From contig CAZPOR010000002.1 in assembly GCA_964588325.1 (NCBI GenBank), positions 242,919 to 274,918 of the forward strand: DNA of 32,000 bases. The letters are read 5' to 3'. Position 1 is the stretch's first letter. Each line of letters begins with the position of its first letter. Positions 1-10,049 of the stretch are shown here, one piece after another. Under the pieces are notes generated by a model. That model was not told the DNA's origin. It did not search any database and saw only the letters and a program-made list of their open reading frames with translations. The position numbers and the translations under genes are program-made. The DNA is from an uncultured Desulfurivibrio sp. GTDB lineage: Bacteria > Desulfobacterota > Desulfobulbia > Desulfobulbales > Desulfurivibrionaceae.

Positions 1-935
1 TTATCTGTCAGCCTTTGGAGCGGGGTTTTGCCACGACTATTGGGAATTCCCTGCGGAGGATACTGTTGTCTTCCATCCAGGGGGCGGCTATTACATCGGT
101 GAAAATCGATGGCGCCCTTCATGAGTTGTCAACCATTCCAGGGGTTAAGGAAGACGTTACCCAGATCATTCTTAATCTGAAAGAAGTGCGCTTGAAACTC
201 AATACTCCCGGCTCCCAGGTCGTCCGGATTGAAAAAAACAAGTTGGGTACGGTTACGGCCGGGGATATTCTCTCCGGAGGCAAGGTGGAGGTTATGAATC
301 CCGATAAGGAGATTTGCACCATCACCGGCGAGGGCGTTTTCAAGGCTGAATTTGAGGTGAAATGGGGCAAAGGATATGTTCCTGCCGAGAAAAACAAGCC
401 CGAAGAGCAAGTGATCGGGGTAATTCCCATCGATGCTATTTTCACCCCCATTGTCAACGTGAAGTCCCTTGTCAGCCAGGCCCGTGTTGGCCAGCAGACC
501 GATTACGATAAGCTGACCTTGGAAATTACCACCGATGGCAGTGTGAGGCCCGAGGATGCCTTGGCCTATGCAGCAAAAATAATGAAGGAGCAGTTGCAGG
601 TCTTTATCGCTTTCGATGAAGAATCTGTTGAACCAGCCATTGATGATGCACGCGTTGACAATCGGTCGCCTGTTAATGAGAACCTCTATCGCAGCGTGGA
701 GGATCTTGAACTTTCCGTCCGTTCAGCAAATTGCCTCCGTAATGCAGATATCCGTTATATCGGTGAGCTGGTGCAGAAATCCGAGGCGGAGATGCTGAAG
801 ACCAAAAACTTTGGTCGTAAATCTCTTAATGAGATCAAACAGTTGCTGTCCGAGATGGAGCTTTCGCTGGGCATGAAATTAGAAGGCTGGGAGCCTCCTG
901 TCGTGTCAGACAAGGTGTCTGAAGAGCAGTCATAA
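1..935 (+). CDS. rpoA: DNA-directed RNA polymerase subunit alpha, 5'-truncated by the window edge (frame continues upstream of the listed TTG at 15)
   Basis: [20 protein letters not shown]...; alpha-CTD ...[42 protein letters not shown]...LGM; in-frame codons at 3..14 upstream (ICQP). Confidence 0.98.
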   Translation, partial: ICQPLERGFATTIGNSLRRILLSSIQGAAITSVKIDGALHELSTIPGVKEDVTQIILNLKEVRLKLNTPGSQVVRIEKNKLGTVTAGDILSGGKVEVMNPDKEICTITGEGVFKAEFEVKWGKGYVPAEKNKPEEQVIGVIPIDAIFTPIVNVKSLVSQARVGQQTDYDKLTLEITTDGSVRPEDALAYAAKIMKEQLQVFIAFDEESVEPAIDDARVDNRSPVNENLYRSVEDLELSVRSANCLRNADIRYIGELVQKSEAEMLKTKNFGRKSLNEIKQLLSEMELSLGMKLEGWEPPVVSDKVSEEQS

Positions 936-954
936 ATCTGGGAAGAGGGTAGTT

Positions 955-1341
955 ATGAGACATAGAAAAGCAGGCAAGAGACTTGGCAGGACCACATCCA
1001 ACCGTCAGGCCATGGTTCGCAATATGGTTACCTCTCTGATCGAGCATGAGAGAATTATAACCACCGCCCCAAAGGCGAAAGAAGTTCGTAAGGTGGCCGA
1101 CCAGATGATTACCTTGGCAAAGCGTGGCGATCTTCATGCCCGTCGTCAGGCCTTGTCGTTCATGCAGGACAAAAAAGTTGTCGCCAAGCTGTTTGATGTT
1201 CTCAAGGATGAGTACATGACCCGTGATGGTGGGTATACCAGAATTATCAGAACCGGAAATCGCCTTGGTGATGCAGCCGAAATGGCCATCCTTGAATTGG
1301 TGAATTATGGTGCAGTGAAAGAGGTAAAAGAGGATAATTAG
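955..1341 (+). CDS. rplQ: 50S ribosomal protein L17
   Basis: [49 protein letters not shown]; directly after rpoA. Confidence 0.98.
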   Translation: MRHRKAGKRLGRTTSNRQAMVRNMVTSLIEHERIITTAPKAKEVRKVADQMITLAKRGDLHARRQALSFMQDKKVVAKLFDVLKDEYMTRDGGYTRIIRTGNRLGDAAEMAILELVNYGAVKEVKEDN

Positions 1342-1366
1342 TATAGTCATCCTTATGTGAAACGCC

Positions 1367-1405
1367 AAGCTGGTTTGAACGGATTGTTCAGGCCAGCTTT
1401 TTTTT
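1367..1405 (+). terminator. Rho-independent terminator of the rpoA-rplQ operon
   Basis: AAGCTGGTTTGAAC-ggatt-GTTCAGGCCAGCTT (about 14 bp including G:U pairs) followed by a T run. Confidence 0.85.
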
Positions 1406-1498
1406 GTCCCGCATTTGTACGCCACTACAGGGTTGCGGTGTTGGGGGTTGGACTATATTGACTGGTGTGTTTTTTGGCAGACAAAAGAGGATGCGCAA

Positions 1499-1864
1499 AT
1501 GAAGAGTACGGGCATGATCGAGGCGGAGATCAGCGATGCGATCATCAGATTTGAAAAAGAATACATGGGGCGTGGACCCCTTGAAACCAAAACGTATATT
1601 GTAGATGACATGGTGCTTGTGCGCTTGAAAGGGGTATTGACTAAAGCGGAGTACCAGTTGGCAGGTGCTGCCGATGTTACCAACGGGCGGGAATTGATTA
1701 AACAAGTTCGTTGCACTTTGCTCGAAAAAGGACGGCCATTGCTGGAGGCCGTTATAGAAGGGATTATAGGTAAAAAAGTCAAAAGCTTGCATACGGACAT
1801 TAGTACAGTCACAGGTGAGAGAATAATTTTATTCACTCTTAATTCGGCCCCGGATCTGTTTTGA
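1499..1864 (+). CDS. MpsC / DUF2294-like small protein; start more likely 1499 (MKSTGMIEAE) than 1415
   Basis: MIEAEISDAIIRFEKEYMGRGPLETKTYIVDDMVLVRLKGVLTKAEYQLA... resembles the DUF2294 (MpsC) family by eye. Confidence 0.7.
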   Translation: MKSTGMIEAEISDAIIRFEKEYMGRGPLETKTYIVDDMVLVRLKGVLTKAEYQLAGAADVTNGRELIKQVRCTLLEKGRPLLEAVIEGIIGKKVKSLHTDISTVTGERIILFTLNSAPDLF

Positions 1865-1987
1865 CAGCTCTTTTTGTCTTCACATAATTGGACGTTTTTT
1901 TTTATTGACTTCCGGGGTATCGGAGGGTAAGTTTTTGTTTAAATAGGTTGAGACTTGGGGGGTGTTAAAAACATCTGCCAAGAAAGG

Positions 1988-2032
1988 ACCGTACGATATC
2001 TGACGTGTTTCTGATATTGTGCGGTTTTTTTT
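1988..2032 (+). terminator. Strong Rho-independent terminator
   Basis: ACCGTACGATATC-tgacgtgtttct-GATATTGTGCGGT (13 bp with two G:U pairs) followed by T8. Confidence 0.85.
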
Positions 2033-2094
2033 GCCTGAAACATATCTGATATTTTGTCCAGCCGACTCAAGGGTTGAGTGCGGTTCTTGGAATG

Positions 2095-2139
2095 AAGGTC
2101 GATGCATCCTTTTTTAAGGATTCTTCGACCTTTTTTTTT
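2095..2139 (+). terminator. Second strong Rho-independent terminator
   Basis: AAGGTCGA-tgc-ATCCTT-tttt-AAGGAT-tct-TCGACCTT followed by a T run. Confidence 0.85.
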
Positions 2140-2324
2140 GTATTCACGCAGTTGCCCGGAGCGATTTCCCCGGCCGCCTTTGAACGACGGTTTTATCAAA
2201 TACAACGAGCTGCGTATTGATTTGGTGTCCACTATTGACGACCGACCCCATAATGCCGGGTTTCAGAGCTGAAAATGGTGGGTGCGCCAGTGCACCGAAA
2301 TACATCCGCACACAGGAGGGAACA

Positions 2325-2825
2325 ATGCAAAGCAAACCACTTGTAGGAATTCTGATGGGCAGCGACTCGGATCTTCCGGTTATGGAAAAGGCGGGAGCGG
2401 TGCTTGCGGAAATGGGCATCTCTTATGAAATGGATATCAGTTCCGCACATCGTCTGCCGGAGAAAACAGCGGAGTATGCGGGTACGGCCAGAGAGCGCGG
2501 CCTTGAGGTGATTATTGCCGGAGCTGGCATGGCGGCGCATTTGGCCGGGGTCATTGCTGCCCACACCACTTTGCCGGTTATCGGGGTGCCTCTGGCATCA
2601 GGAGCCCTGCACGGAGTTGACGCGTTGTACGCCACGGTGCAGATGCCTCCTGGGGTTCCGGTGGCGACCGTGGCGATTGATGGCGCAAAGAATGCAGCCT
2701 ATCTAGCCTGTGAAATTTTATCGATCAAATACCCTGAGGTCGCAGGAGAGCTGGAAAAGTTCAGGGCGGAAACCCGTGCAAGTCTGATGAGAAAGGCGGC
2801 AGAGCTAAAAAAAGACAAAGCCTAG
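2325..2825 (+). CDS. purE: 5-(carboxyamino)imidazole ribonucleotide mutase; start at 2325 behind GGAGGG rather than at 2217
   Basis: [49 protein letters not shown]...[28 protein letters not shown]. Confidence 0.96.
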   Translation: MQSKPLVGILMGSDSDLPVMEKAGAVLAEMGISYEMDISSAHRLPEKTAEYAGTARERGLEVIIAGAGMAAHLAGVIAAHTTLPVIGVPLASGALHGVDALYATVQMPPGVPVATVAIDGAKNAAYLACEILSIKYPEVAGELEKFRAETRASLMRKAAELKKDKA

Positions 2826-2838
2826 TCGTAACGGCACA

Positions 2839-5160
2839 GTGGGACAGAACAGGTCGTTTAATCGTGGAGACACAAGGGAGATTTTTCTTTTGCTGCTAAA
2901 ATTGGTTCCGTTTTTACCCTGGCTCAGGGAGTACGACAAGGAAAAATTCAAGGCGGATGCGTTGGCCGGCATTACCGTGGCACTGGTGCTGATTCCTCAG
3001 TCCATGGCCTATGCGCAGCTCGCGGGCCTGCCGGCGTATTACGGTTTGTATGCTGCTTTTCTTCCGCCGATGGTGGCGGCTTTTTTCGGGTCGAGCAGGC
3101 AGCTTGCCACGGGTCCTGTGGCGGTGGTTTCTCTGGTGACCGCAGCGTCTCTTGAGGCCATTGCCACTGCGGGCAGTGAGCAGTTTATCGCCTACGCCAT
3201 CATGCTGGCCCTTATTGTTGGCCTCTTTCAGTTCTGTCTTGGCATCTTCAGGCTCGGACTCGTGGTCAATTTTCTTTCCCATCCGGTGGTCAGCGGTTTT
3301 ACCAATGCTGCCGCCATTATTATAGCTACTTCGCAGTTGTCGAAAATACTCGGGGTCGAGGCAGATAAGGCGGAATATCATTACGAAACCATTTTTCTTG
3401 TGTTGCAGAGAGGCATGCAATACACCCACTGGCCGACATTCGGCATGGCTGTCCTGGCTATCGCCATCATGATGGGGGCGAAAAAATTTTTTCCGAAAGC
3501 ACCGGCAATTTTGGCCGCAGTTGTGGTCACCACCCTGATTTCCTGGCTTAGCGGTTTTGAGCGCCACCAGACCGTCTCGCTGGAGGATTTACGGTCGCAG
3601 GAAATTCAGGAGCTGGTGAAAGAGTTCAATCATGGCGTGGAGAAAATAAGGATTTATAGCGAACAGCGCTCGACGGTGGTCGGCGAAATCGATGCGGCAA
3701 AAAACAGGGATGGTTTTGACCCGTTGGCGCTTTTGCAAATGCAACACAACAAGGCCGTGCATAGCCTCATGCTTGATGAGGCCAAAGAAAAGATGCAGGC
3801 TGGCAGATCAGCCTTGCGAGCCATGCAACTCAGCGCTGTTCAAACGAAAGATGGGGTTGTTTTTTACCGGAAGGGGGAGACTCCACCGGAAATGAAAGAA
3901 GATGGCCGGACATGGCGGATCACGGCGGGCAATAATGCTTTGCCGGAAAACCGTTTGGTTCTCAGCGGCGGAGGCGCGGTGGTCGGCAATGTCCCCCAAG
4001 GTCTTCCTTCCCTGCGCTTTCCGGAATTCAACCTCCAGGTATTTTCGCAGCTTTTTTCCTATGCCGCGATTATTTCCCTGCTCGGTTTTATGGAGGCAAT
4101 TTCCATCGCCAGGGCCATCGCCGCGAAAACAGGACAAAAACTTGATGCCAATCAGGAATTGATAGGTCAGGGCCTGGCCAACATCATTGGCTCCATCAGC
4201 GGTTCCTATCCTGTGTCAGGCTCGTTCTCGAGATCAGCGGTGAATCTGCAGGCCGGGGGCAAAACAGGATTGTCGAATGTTTTCAGTGCAATTGCCGTTA
4301 CCGTGACGTTGCTGTTTCTGACGCCCCTTTTGTATCACCTGCCCCAGGCAGTTCTCGCCGCAGTCATTATGATGGCGGTTATCAGCCTTGTGCAGGTGAA
4401 AGGGTTTGTTCATGCCTGGAAGGCGCAGAAGGCGGATGGGATAATTGCCGTGACCAGTTTTTGCGCGACTCTCGTTTTTGCCCCGCATCTGGACAAGGGA
4501 ATACTGCTGGGCGTTTGTCTTTCCGTGGCGGTGTTTTTGTATCGAAGGATGCATCCCAATGTGTCAACCCTGGCAATGAGTAACGATGGCGTGTTGGGCT
4601 GCACCGTCGATCACAGCCTCCGGGTGTGCAGTCACATCGCGGTGATTCGTTTTGACGGCACGCTTTTCTTTGCCAATGCCAGTTATCTGGACGAACAGGT
4701 GTTCCGGATTCGAACCGCCAATCCTGCGCTGAAATTTATTCTTCTGGTCGCTGATGGCATCAATGACATCGATGCCTCCGGTGAAGACGCTTTGTCCCTG
4801 CTGGTGGACAGGGTGCGCCGGGCCGGGATTGGTTTTGCCATGTGCCGGGTCAAGGGGGAAGTGATGGCGGTCATTGAAAGAACCGGGCTTGCGGACAAGA
4901 TCGGCAGAGAGATGATCTATGCCGGCGAAGAGGGCGCCTTGCAGGAGATCATCGCCCTGACCCACGATATGACCAAACGTAAAGCATGTGGCGTGTGTCC
5001 GCTGATGACCCATATGCCGACGGTTAACGAGAAAAAAGTGTACGGCGGATGCGGGTCCGCCACGACAACCGGAGTTTTGAAAAAGATGGTTGAACAGCGG
5101 GGCTATTCATTGGGCAAATTGCCCAAGAAGATTGTCGCGGCATTGGCCGCCAGCGTTTGA
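2839..5160 (+). CDS. SulP-family inorganic anion permease with C-terminal STAS domain. The listed start (GTG 2839) has a weak SD; TTG at 2890 behind AGGGAG is an alternative.
   Basis: FKADALAGITVALVLIPQSMAYAQLAGLPAYYGLYAAFLPPMVAAFFGSSRQLATGPVAVVSL...; STAS-like ...VIRFDGTLFFANASYLDEQVFRI...FILLVADGINDIDASGEDALSLL. Confidence 0.93.
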   Translation: MGQNRSFNRGDTREIFLLLLKLVPFLPWLREYDKEKFKADALAGITVALVLIPQSMAYAQLAGLPAYYGLYAAFLPPMVAAFFGSSRQLATGPVAVVSLVTAASLEAIATAGSEQFIAYAIMLALIVGLFQFCLGIFRLGLVVNFLSHPVVSGFTNAAAIIIATSQLSKILGVEADKAEYHYETIFLVLQRGMQYTHWPTFGMAVLAIAIMMGAKKFFPKAPAILAAVVVTTLISWLSGFERHQTVSLEDLRSQEIQELVKEFNHGVEKIRIYSEQRSTVVGEIDAAKNRDGFDPLALLQMQHNKAVHSLMLDEAKEKMQAGRSALRAMQLSAVQTKDGVVFYRKGETPPEMKEDGRTWRITAGNNALPENRLVLSGGGAVVGNVPQGLPSLRFPEFNLQVFSQLFSYAAIISLLGFMEAISIARAIAAKTGQKLDANQELIGQGLANIIGSISGSYPVSGSFSRSAVNLQAGGKTGLSNVFSAIAVTVTLLFLTPLLYHLPQAVLAAVIMMAVISLVQVKGFVHAWKAQKADGIIAVTSFCATLVFAPHLDKGILLGVCLSVAVFLYRRMHPNVSTLAMSNDGVLGCTVDHSLRVCSHIAVIRFDGTLFFANASYLDEQVFRIRTANPALKFILLVADGINDIDASGEDALSLLVDRVRRAGIGFAMCRVKGEVMAVIERTGLADKIGREMIYAGEEGALQEIIALTHDMTKRKACGVCPLMTHMPTVNEKKVYGGCGSATTTGVLKKMVEQRGYSLGKLPKKIVAALAASV

Positions 5161-5231
5161 GTTGAAAGACAGGCAAAAACGATTTTTTTAGAAACCGAAT
5201 TGAAACAATAACAACAGGAGAAACAAAAAAC

Positions 5232-8200
5232 ATGTCCCGAAAAATGGTCACCATTGACGGCAACCAGGCGTGCACCCATGTGGCTTACGCCACCAGTGAG
5301 ATTATTACCATCTATCCCATCACCCCCTCCACTCCCATGGCGGCAGAGTCCGACACCAAGGCGAGTGCCGCCCGGAAAAATATCTGGGGTTCAGTGCCGG
5401 TCGTAACCCAGATGCAGTCCGAGGGCGGAGTGGCCGGATCCCTGCACGGCTCTCTTACCACCGGTGCGCTCTGCACCACCTTTTCCGCTTCCCAGGGACT
5501 CATGCTTTTGTTGCCCAACATGAACAAGATTGCCGGAGAGCTGACCTCCACGGTTTTTCATGTCACCGCCCGCTCCCTGGCTTATCAGGGATTGTCCATA
5601 TTCGGCGATCACAGCGATGTCATGGCTGCCCGCCAGACCGGCTGGGCCATGCTCTGCTCCCAGAATGTCCAGGAGGCCCAGGACATGGCGCTCATCGCCA
5701 CCCAGGCAACGCTCAAATCACGCATTCCCTTCATGCATTTTTTTGACGGTTTCCGCACTTCCCATGAGATTCAGAAGATAGAGCAGCTCAGCGAAGAGGA
5801 TATGCGGGAGATGATAGACGAGGAGTTGATTCTTGCGCACCGCAAGCGGGGTCTTTCTCCGGATCGCCCCATGATGCGCGGAACAGCCCAGAATCCAGAT
5901 GTCTATTTCACCGGACGGGAAACAGTAAACAAGTTTTATAATGCTGCGCCGGGAATTGTTCAGGAAACCATGGACAGATTCGGCAAGTTGACCGGCCGCA
6001 AGTACCATCTTTTTGATTATTTCGGCGCCCGTGATGCGGAGCAGGTGATTATTATCATGGGTTCTGGAAGCGAGACGGCGCGGGCCACGGTTGAGCACCT
6101 GATCGTCCAGGGCAGGAAGGTCGGACTGATTGTGGTTCGCCTTTTCCGGCCTTTTGATTCTGCCGCCTTGATTGGCGCTTTGCCGGACAGCGTGAAGCAG
6201 GTTACGGTGCTTGACCGGACCAAAGAGCCCGGCGCGGCCGGAGAACCGCTGTATCAGGATGTGCGCACGGTGATCGGAGAAGCGCTTGACGAGGGCGTTT
6301 TGTCTGCGGTTCCGGTTATTTTTTCCGGCCGTTATGGTTTGGGCTCTGCGGAGTTTACCCCGGCCATGGTCAAGGCGGTGTTTGACAACATGGGTGCGGC
6401 AAGGCCGAAAAACCATTTCTGCGTTGGGCCTGATGATGATGTGGCCTTTACCAGTCTCGCCTATGATCCTTCCTATGACATCGAGGGCAAAGATGTCTGC
6501 CGGGCGATGTTCTATGGCCTTGGAGCGGATGGCACCGTGGGCGCCAACAAGAACACCATCAAGATCATCGGTACGGAAACGGACAACAGCGCCCAGGGAT
6601 ATTTTGTCTACGATTCGAAAAAATCCGGATCCATCACCACCAGTCATCTCCGTTTTGGCAAGAACAAAATCATGGCGCCGTACCTGATCAATAAGGCCAA
6701 TTTTGTCGCCTGTCATAATTTCACCTTTCTCGATAAGTACGACATGCTGACCAACATCGAGGAGGGAGGCACCTTCCTGCTGACCACGACCTACAAAAAA
6801 GATGAGGTCTGGGGTCATATGCCGGGCAGGGTACAGCAGCAGATCATCGACAAAAAACTTAAATTTTATGTCATTGATGCTCTCAGTCTGGCCGCGGCCA
6901 TCGGTCTGGGCGCCAGGATCAACATGATCATGCAGACCGCTTTTTTCCTGATTTCCGATATCATCAGCCAAGATGAGGCGGTGGCCTCCATCAAGGGGGC
7001 GATTAAAAAGACGTACGGGGTCAAGGGAGACAAGGTGGTGAACATGAACTACGCCGCAGTGGATGCGGCCCTGGAAAATATTGCCCAGGTGACAGTGCCG
7101 AAAACCGCCGGCGGTCACGCCATTCCTCCCACCGTGCCGGAAAACGCCCCCACTTTTGTCAAGGAAGTCTCCGCCCGCATGATCGAGGGGAAAGGCGCCT
7201 CCATCAAGGTTTCCCAAATGCCTGCCGACGGCACCTGGCCCACGGCGACCACCCAGTATGAAAAACGCAACATTGCGGTGCAGGTGCCCGTGTGGGAGGC
7301 AGAAACCTGTATCCAGTGCGGACAGTGTTCCCTGGTGTGCCCGCATGCGGCTATTCGGATGAAAATCGTCGAAGGCGCGGCCCTGGTCAAGGCTCCGAAA
7401 ACCTTGCAGAGCGCTGCCGCAGTGGGGAAGCAGTTTGAGGGACGACGGTGCGTCATTTCCGTCGCCACCGAGGATTGCAACGGCTGCAGCCATTGTTTTC
7501 AGGTGTGCCCGGCCAGGCATAAGGATGTGGCTGGCAACAAAACCGAGCAGAAAGCCCTGGAAATGGTCGCCAATACCGAGGAAGTCCGGCAGCGCGAGTC
7601 CGGGAATTACGCGTTTTTTCTCTCCCTTCCGGAACTCGATTATGCGGAGGTCAATCCGGCGACCATCAAGGGAAGTCAGCTCATGCGCCCGTTGTTTGAA
7701 TATCCCGGCGCCTGTGTCGGTTGCGGGGAGACGCCGTACATCAAATTAGCCACCCAACTGTTCGGTGACCGGATGTACATTGCCAATGCCACAGGGTGTT
7801 CATCGATCTACGGCGGCAACCTGCCCACCACCCCTTACTGCAAAAGAAGCGACGGCCGGGGGCCGGTCTGGTCCAATTCTCTTTTTGAGGACAACGCGGA
7901 GTTCGGTCTTGGCATGCGTCAGACCATAAACAAGCTTGGTTCGCAGGCTGTTGAACTGTTGCATGAAGCAGTAGCGACCGGGGGTGTTGATAAAAGCGCC
8001 ATGGATGCATTGCTTGAAGCCCCCCAGAGTAGTCAGCTTGAAATCGAAGCCCAGCGGGAGAGGGTTGCCGAGCTCAAGGAAAAGCTGGCCGCAGGCGACT
8101 TTGCCAAGGCGGCGCAATTGCAGCATGTGGCTGATTATCTGGTGAAAAAATCGGTATGGATCTTTGGCGGCGACGGCTGGGCCTATGATATCGGCTACGG

Positions 8201-8804
8201 CGGCCTGGATCATGTTCTGGCCTCAGGCGAGAACGTCAATGTGCTTATCATGGACACCGAGGTCTATTCCAACACCGGAGGGCAAATGTCCAAGTCAACC
8301 CCCCGAGCGGCGACCGCCCAGTTCGCCGCAGGTGGCAAACGGATGCCCAAGAAGGATATCGGGATGATTTTTGCCACCTATGGGAATGTCTATGTTGCCA
8401 AGATATCCATGGGCGCGAATCCGGCTCAGGTGGTCAAGGCGTTCAACGAGGCGGAGGCGTATAACGGGCCATCGCTGATCATCGCCTACTCACACTGCAT
8501 AAACCACGGGATCAATATGGCCCTGGGGCTTGATCAGCAGAAAAAAGCGGTGGCATGCGGGCACTGGCCTCTCTACCGTTATAATCCGCAGCTTGAGGAA
8601 GCGGGGAAAAATCCGCTTGTGATCGATTCTCCAGCCCCGTCAATCCCTTTTGCTGACTATGCCATGAATGAAAACAGATACCGGGCATTGAAGCTCACTA
8701 ATCCAGGGATGTTTGATGAGTTAATGAGGCTGGCTCAGAAAGATGTGGATAAGGGCTGGAAATTTTTGCTGGGCAGGGCAATGAGCCTTGAGCCCGCTCA
8801 ATAA
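5232..8804 (+). CDS. nifJ: Pyruvate:ferredoxin (flavodoxin) oxidoreductase, single-chain, homodimeric type
   Basis: MVTIDGNQACTHVAYATSEIITIYPITPSTPMAAESD...; ferredoxin domain CIQCGQCSLVCPH / CNGCSHCFQVCPA; TPP domain GCSSIYGGNLPTTPY and FGGDGWAYDIGYGGLDHVLASGENVNVLIMDTEVYSNTGGQ. Confidence 0.97.
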   Translation: MSRKMVTIDGNQACTHVAYATSEIITIYPITPSTPMAAESDTKASAARKNIWGSVPVVTQMQSEGGVAGSLHGSLTTGALCTTFSASQGLMLLLPNMNKIAGELTSTVFHVTARSLAYQGLSIFGDHSDVMAARQTGWAMLCSQNVQEAQDMALIATQATLKSRIPFMHFFDGFRTSHEIQKIEQLSEEDMREMIDEELILAHRKRGLSPDRPMMRGTAQNPDVYFTGRETVNKFYNAAPGIVQETMDRFGKLTGRKYHLFDYFGARDAEQVIIIMGSGSETARATVEHLIVQGRKVGLIVVRLFRPFDSAALIGALPDSVKQVTVLDRTKEPGAAGEPLYQDVRTVIGEALDEGVLSAVPVIFSGRYGLGSAEFTPAMVKAVFDNMGAARPKNHFCVGPDDDVAFTSLAYDPSYDIEGKDVCRAMFYGLGADGTVGANKNTIKIIGTETDNSAQGYFVYDSKKSGSITTSHLRFGKNKIMAPYLINKANFVACHNFTFLDKYDMLTNIEEGGTFLLTTTYKKDEVWGHMPGRVQQQIIDKKLKFYVIDALSLAAAIGLGARINMIMQTAFFLISDIISQDEAVASIKGAIKKTYGVKGDKVVNMNYAAVDAALENIAQVTVPKTAGGHAIPPTVPENAPTFVKEVSARMIEGKGASIKVSQMPADGTWPTATTQYEKRNIAVQVPVWEAETCIQCGQCSLVCPHAAIRMKIVEGAALVKAPKTLQSAAAVGKQFEGRRCVISVATEDCNGCSHCFQVCPARHKDVAGNKTEQKALEMVANTEEVRQRESGNYAFFLSLPELDYAEVNPATIKGSQLMRPLFEYPGACVGCGETPYIKLATQLFGDRMYIANATGCSSIYGGNLPTTPYCKRSDGRGPVWSNSLFEDNAEFGLGMRQTINKLGSQAVELLHEAVATGGVDKSAMDALLEAPQSSQLEIEAQRERVAELKEKLAAGDFAKAAQLQHVADYLVKKSVWIFGGDGWAYDIGYGGLDHVLASGENVNVLIMDTEVYSNTGGQMSKSTPRAATAQFAAGGKRMPKKDIGMIFATYGNVYVAKISMGANPAQVVKAFNEAEAYNGPSLIIAYSHCINHGINMALGLDQQKKAVACGHWPLYRYNPQLEEAGKNPLVIDSPAPSIPFADYAMNENRYRALKLTNPGMFDELMRLAQKDVDKGWKFLLGRAMSLEPAQ

Positions 8805-8831
8805 TTGTTTTTGATAAAAAAACGTTGGCCT

Positions 8832-8875
8832 CCGGAGTTACTGCTTTATGAACAGGCGGTAACTTCGGTTTTTTT
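8832..8875 (+). terminator. Rho-independent terminator after nifJ
   Basis: CCGGAGTTAC...GTAACTTCGG (10 bp, one G:U) followed by T7. Confidence 0.8.
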
Positions 8876-8919
8876 ATGCTGCAGGCGACCATGCCTGCGT
8901 GGAGGACGCATAGTCAATC

Positions 8920-9969
8920 ATGCCGGTCAGGGTCGCGATAAATGGTTTTGGGCGTATTGGCCGTCAGCTTGCCCGCCATATTTTTTCAAGATACAGCGAG
9001 ACGCTTGCCCTTGTCGCCATCAACACCTTGGGCAGCGCAGCTCAAAGCGCGCATTTGTTTCACCACGACAGCATAACCGGCAGGAGCGCCTTGCCGGTGG
9101 AAGCGGATGGCGAGAACGCGCTTGTTATTGCCGGCAGGCGGGTGTCCTACTTCGCGCAGGAAGACCCGGCCAAATTGTGCTGGGCTGAGCTGGGAATTGA
9201 TCTTGTCATTGAATGCACCGGGAAATATGCGGAAAGAGGCCGGGTTCATTTGGAGGCGGGCGCCGCCCGGGTAATTGTGGCCGGTTCGGCCAGGCAGGCC
9301 GACATTACCGTTTGTATGGGGGTGAATCACGAGGGGTTTGATCCTCACCGGCACCGGATCATTTGCGGGGGCAGTTGTACGGCCAACAGCCTCGCTCCAC
9401 TGGTGAAAATTCTGAATGAGACGTTGACAATCGAATGGGGAATGGTGACCTTTCTCCATTCCTACACCAAGGAGCAGAGTCTGTTGGATGATGCCCACCC
9501 CGACCTCCGCCGGAGACGATCAGCCACCCGGAGCATCATTCCGACTACCACCAGCGCCATTGAGCAACTCGGCGCGGTTTTCCCTTCCCTGTGCGGAAAG
9601 ATTGACGGGTTGGCCCTGCGAGTGCCGACACCGGTCGTGCACGCGGTTGATTTTGTGGCGAAGCTGCAATGCAAAGAGGACAAGGAGGGATTGCTGCACC
9701 TGCTGGAAGAAGCCGCACGGGGATCCATGAAAAATATTCTGGCTGTCAGTCGCGCGCCGTTGGTCAGCACGGATTTAAGGGGCTCCGGGCATTCCTGTGT
9801 TGTTGATGCGGAATTTTCCGGTTTTCATGGTGATCTGCTCAGGGTGTTAGCCTGGCATGACAATGAATGCGCCTACTGCGCAAGGATTTGTGAGCTTGCG
9901 GACTATATCGGTATCCAGGTCGGCAACAGCGGTGAGCCGGGCTTTATGGCCGACCCGGAGGTGGGGTGA
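8920..9969 (+). CDS. Glyceraldehyde-3-phosphate dehydrogenase family protein (divergent GAPDH / erythrose-4-phosphate dehydrogenase-like)
   Basis: VRVAINGFGRIGRQLARHI; CGGSCTANSLAPLVKIL (catalytic Cys); DLRRRRSATRSIIPTTTSAI; LALRVPTPVVHAVDF; VLAWHDNECAYCARI. Confidence 0.88.
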   Translation: MPVRVAINGFGRIGRQLARHIFSRYSETLALVAINTLGSAAQSAHLFHHDSITGRSALPVEADGENALVIAGRRVSYFAQEDPAKLCWAELGIDLVIECTGKYAERGRVHLEAGAARVIVAGSARQADITVCMGVNHEGFDPHRHRIICGGSCTANSLAPLVKILNETLTIEWGMVTFLHSYTKEQSLLDDAHPDLRRRRSATRSIIPTTTSAIEQLGAVFPSLCGKIDGLALRVPTPVVHAVDFVAKLQCKEDKEGLLHLLEEAARGSMKNILAVSRAPLVSTDLRGSGHSCVVDAEFSGFHGDLLRVLAWHDNECAYCARICELADYIGIQVGNSGEPGFMADPEVG

Positions 9970-10049
9970 GATAAAAAAGTATACCATCGTTGGTGTCTGT
10001 CGGTTAGTATTACCCCTTTTGCAAGGGTTGATCATAAGGGCGTCAGACC

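Noticed and set aside
5718-7520. 600-aa minus-strand ORF inside nifJ
   Set aside because: Antisense to an unambiguous PFOR coding region; a typical artefact of high GC at third codon positions.
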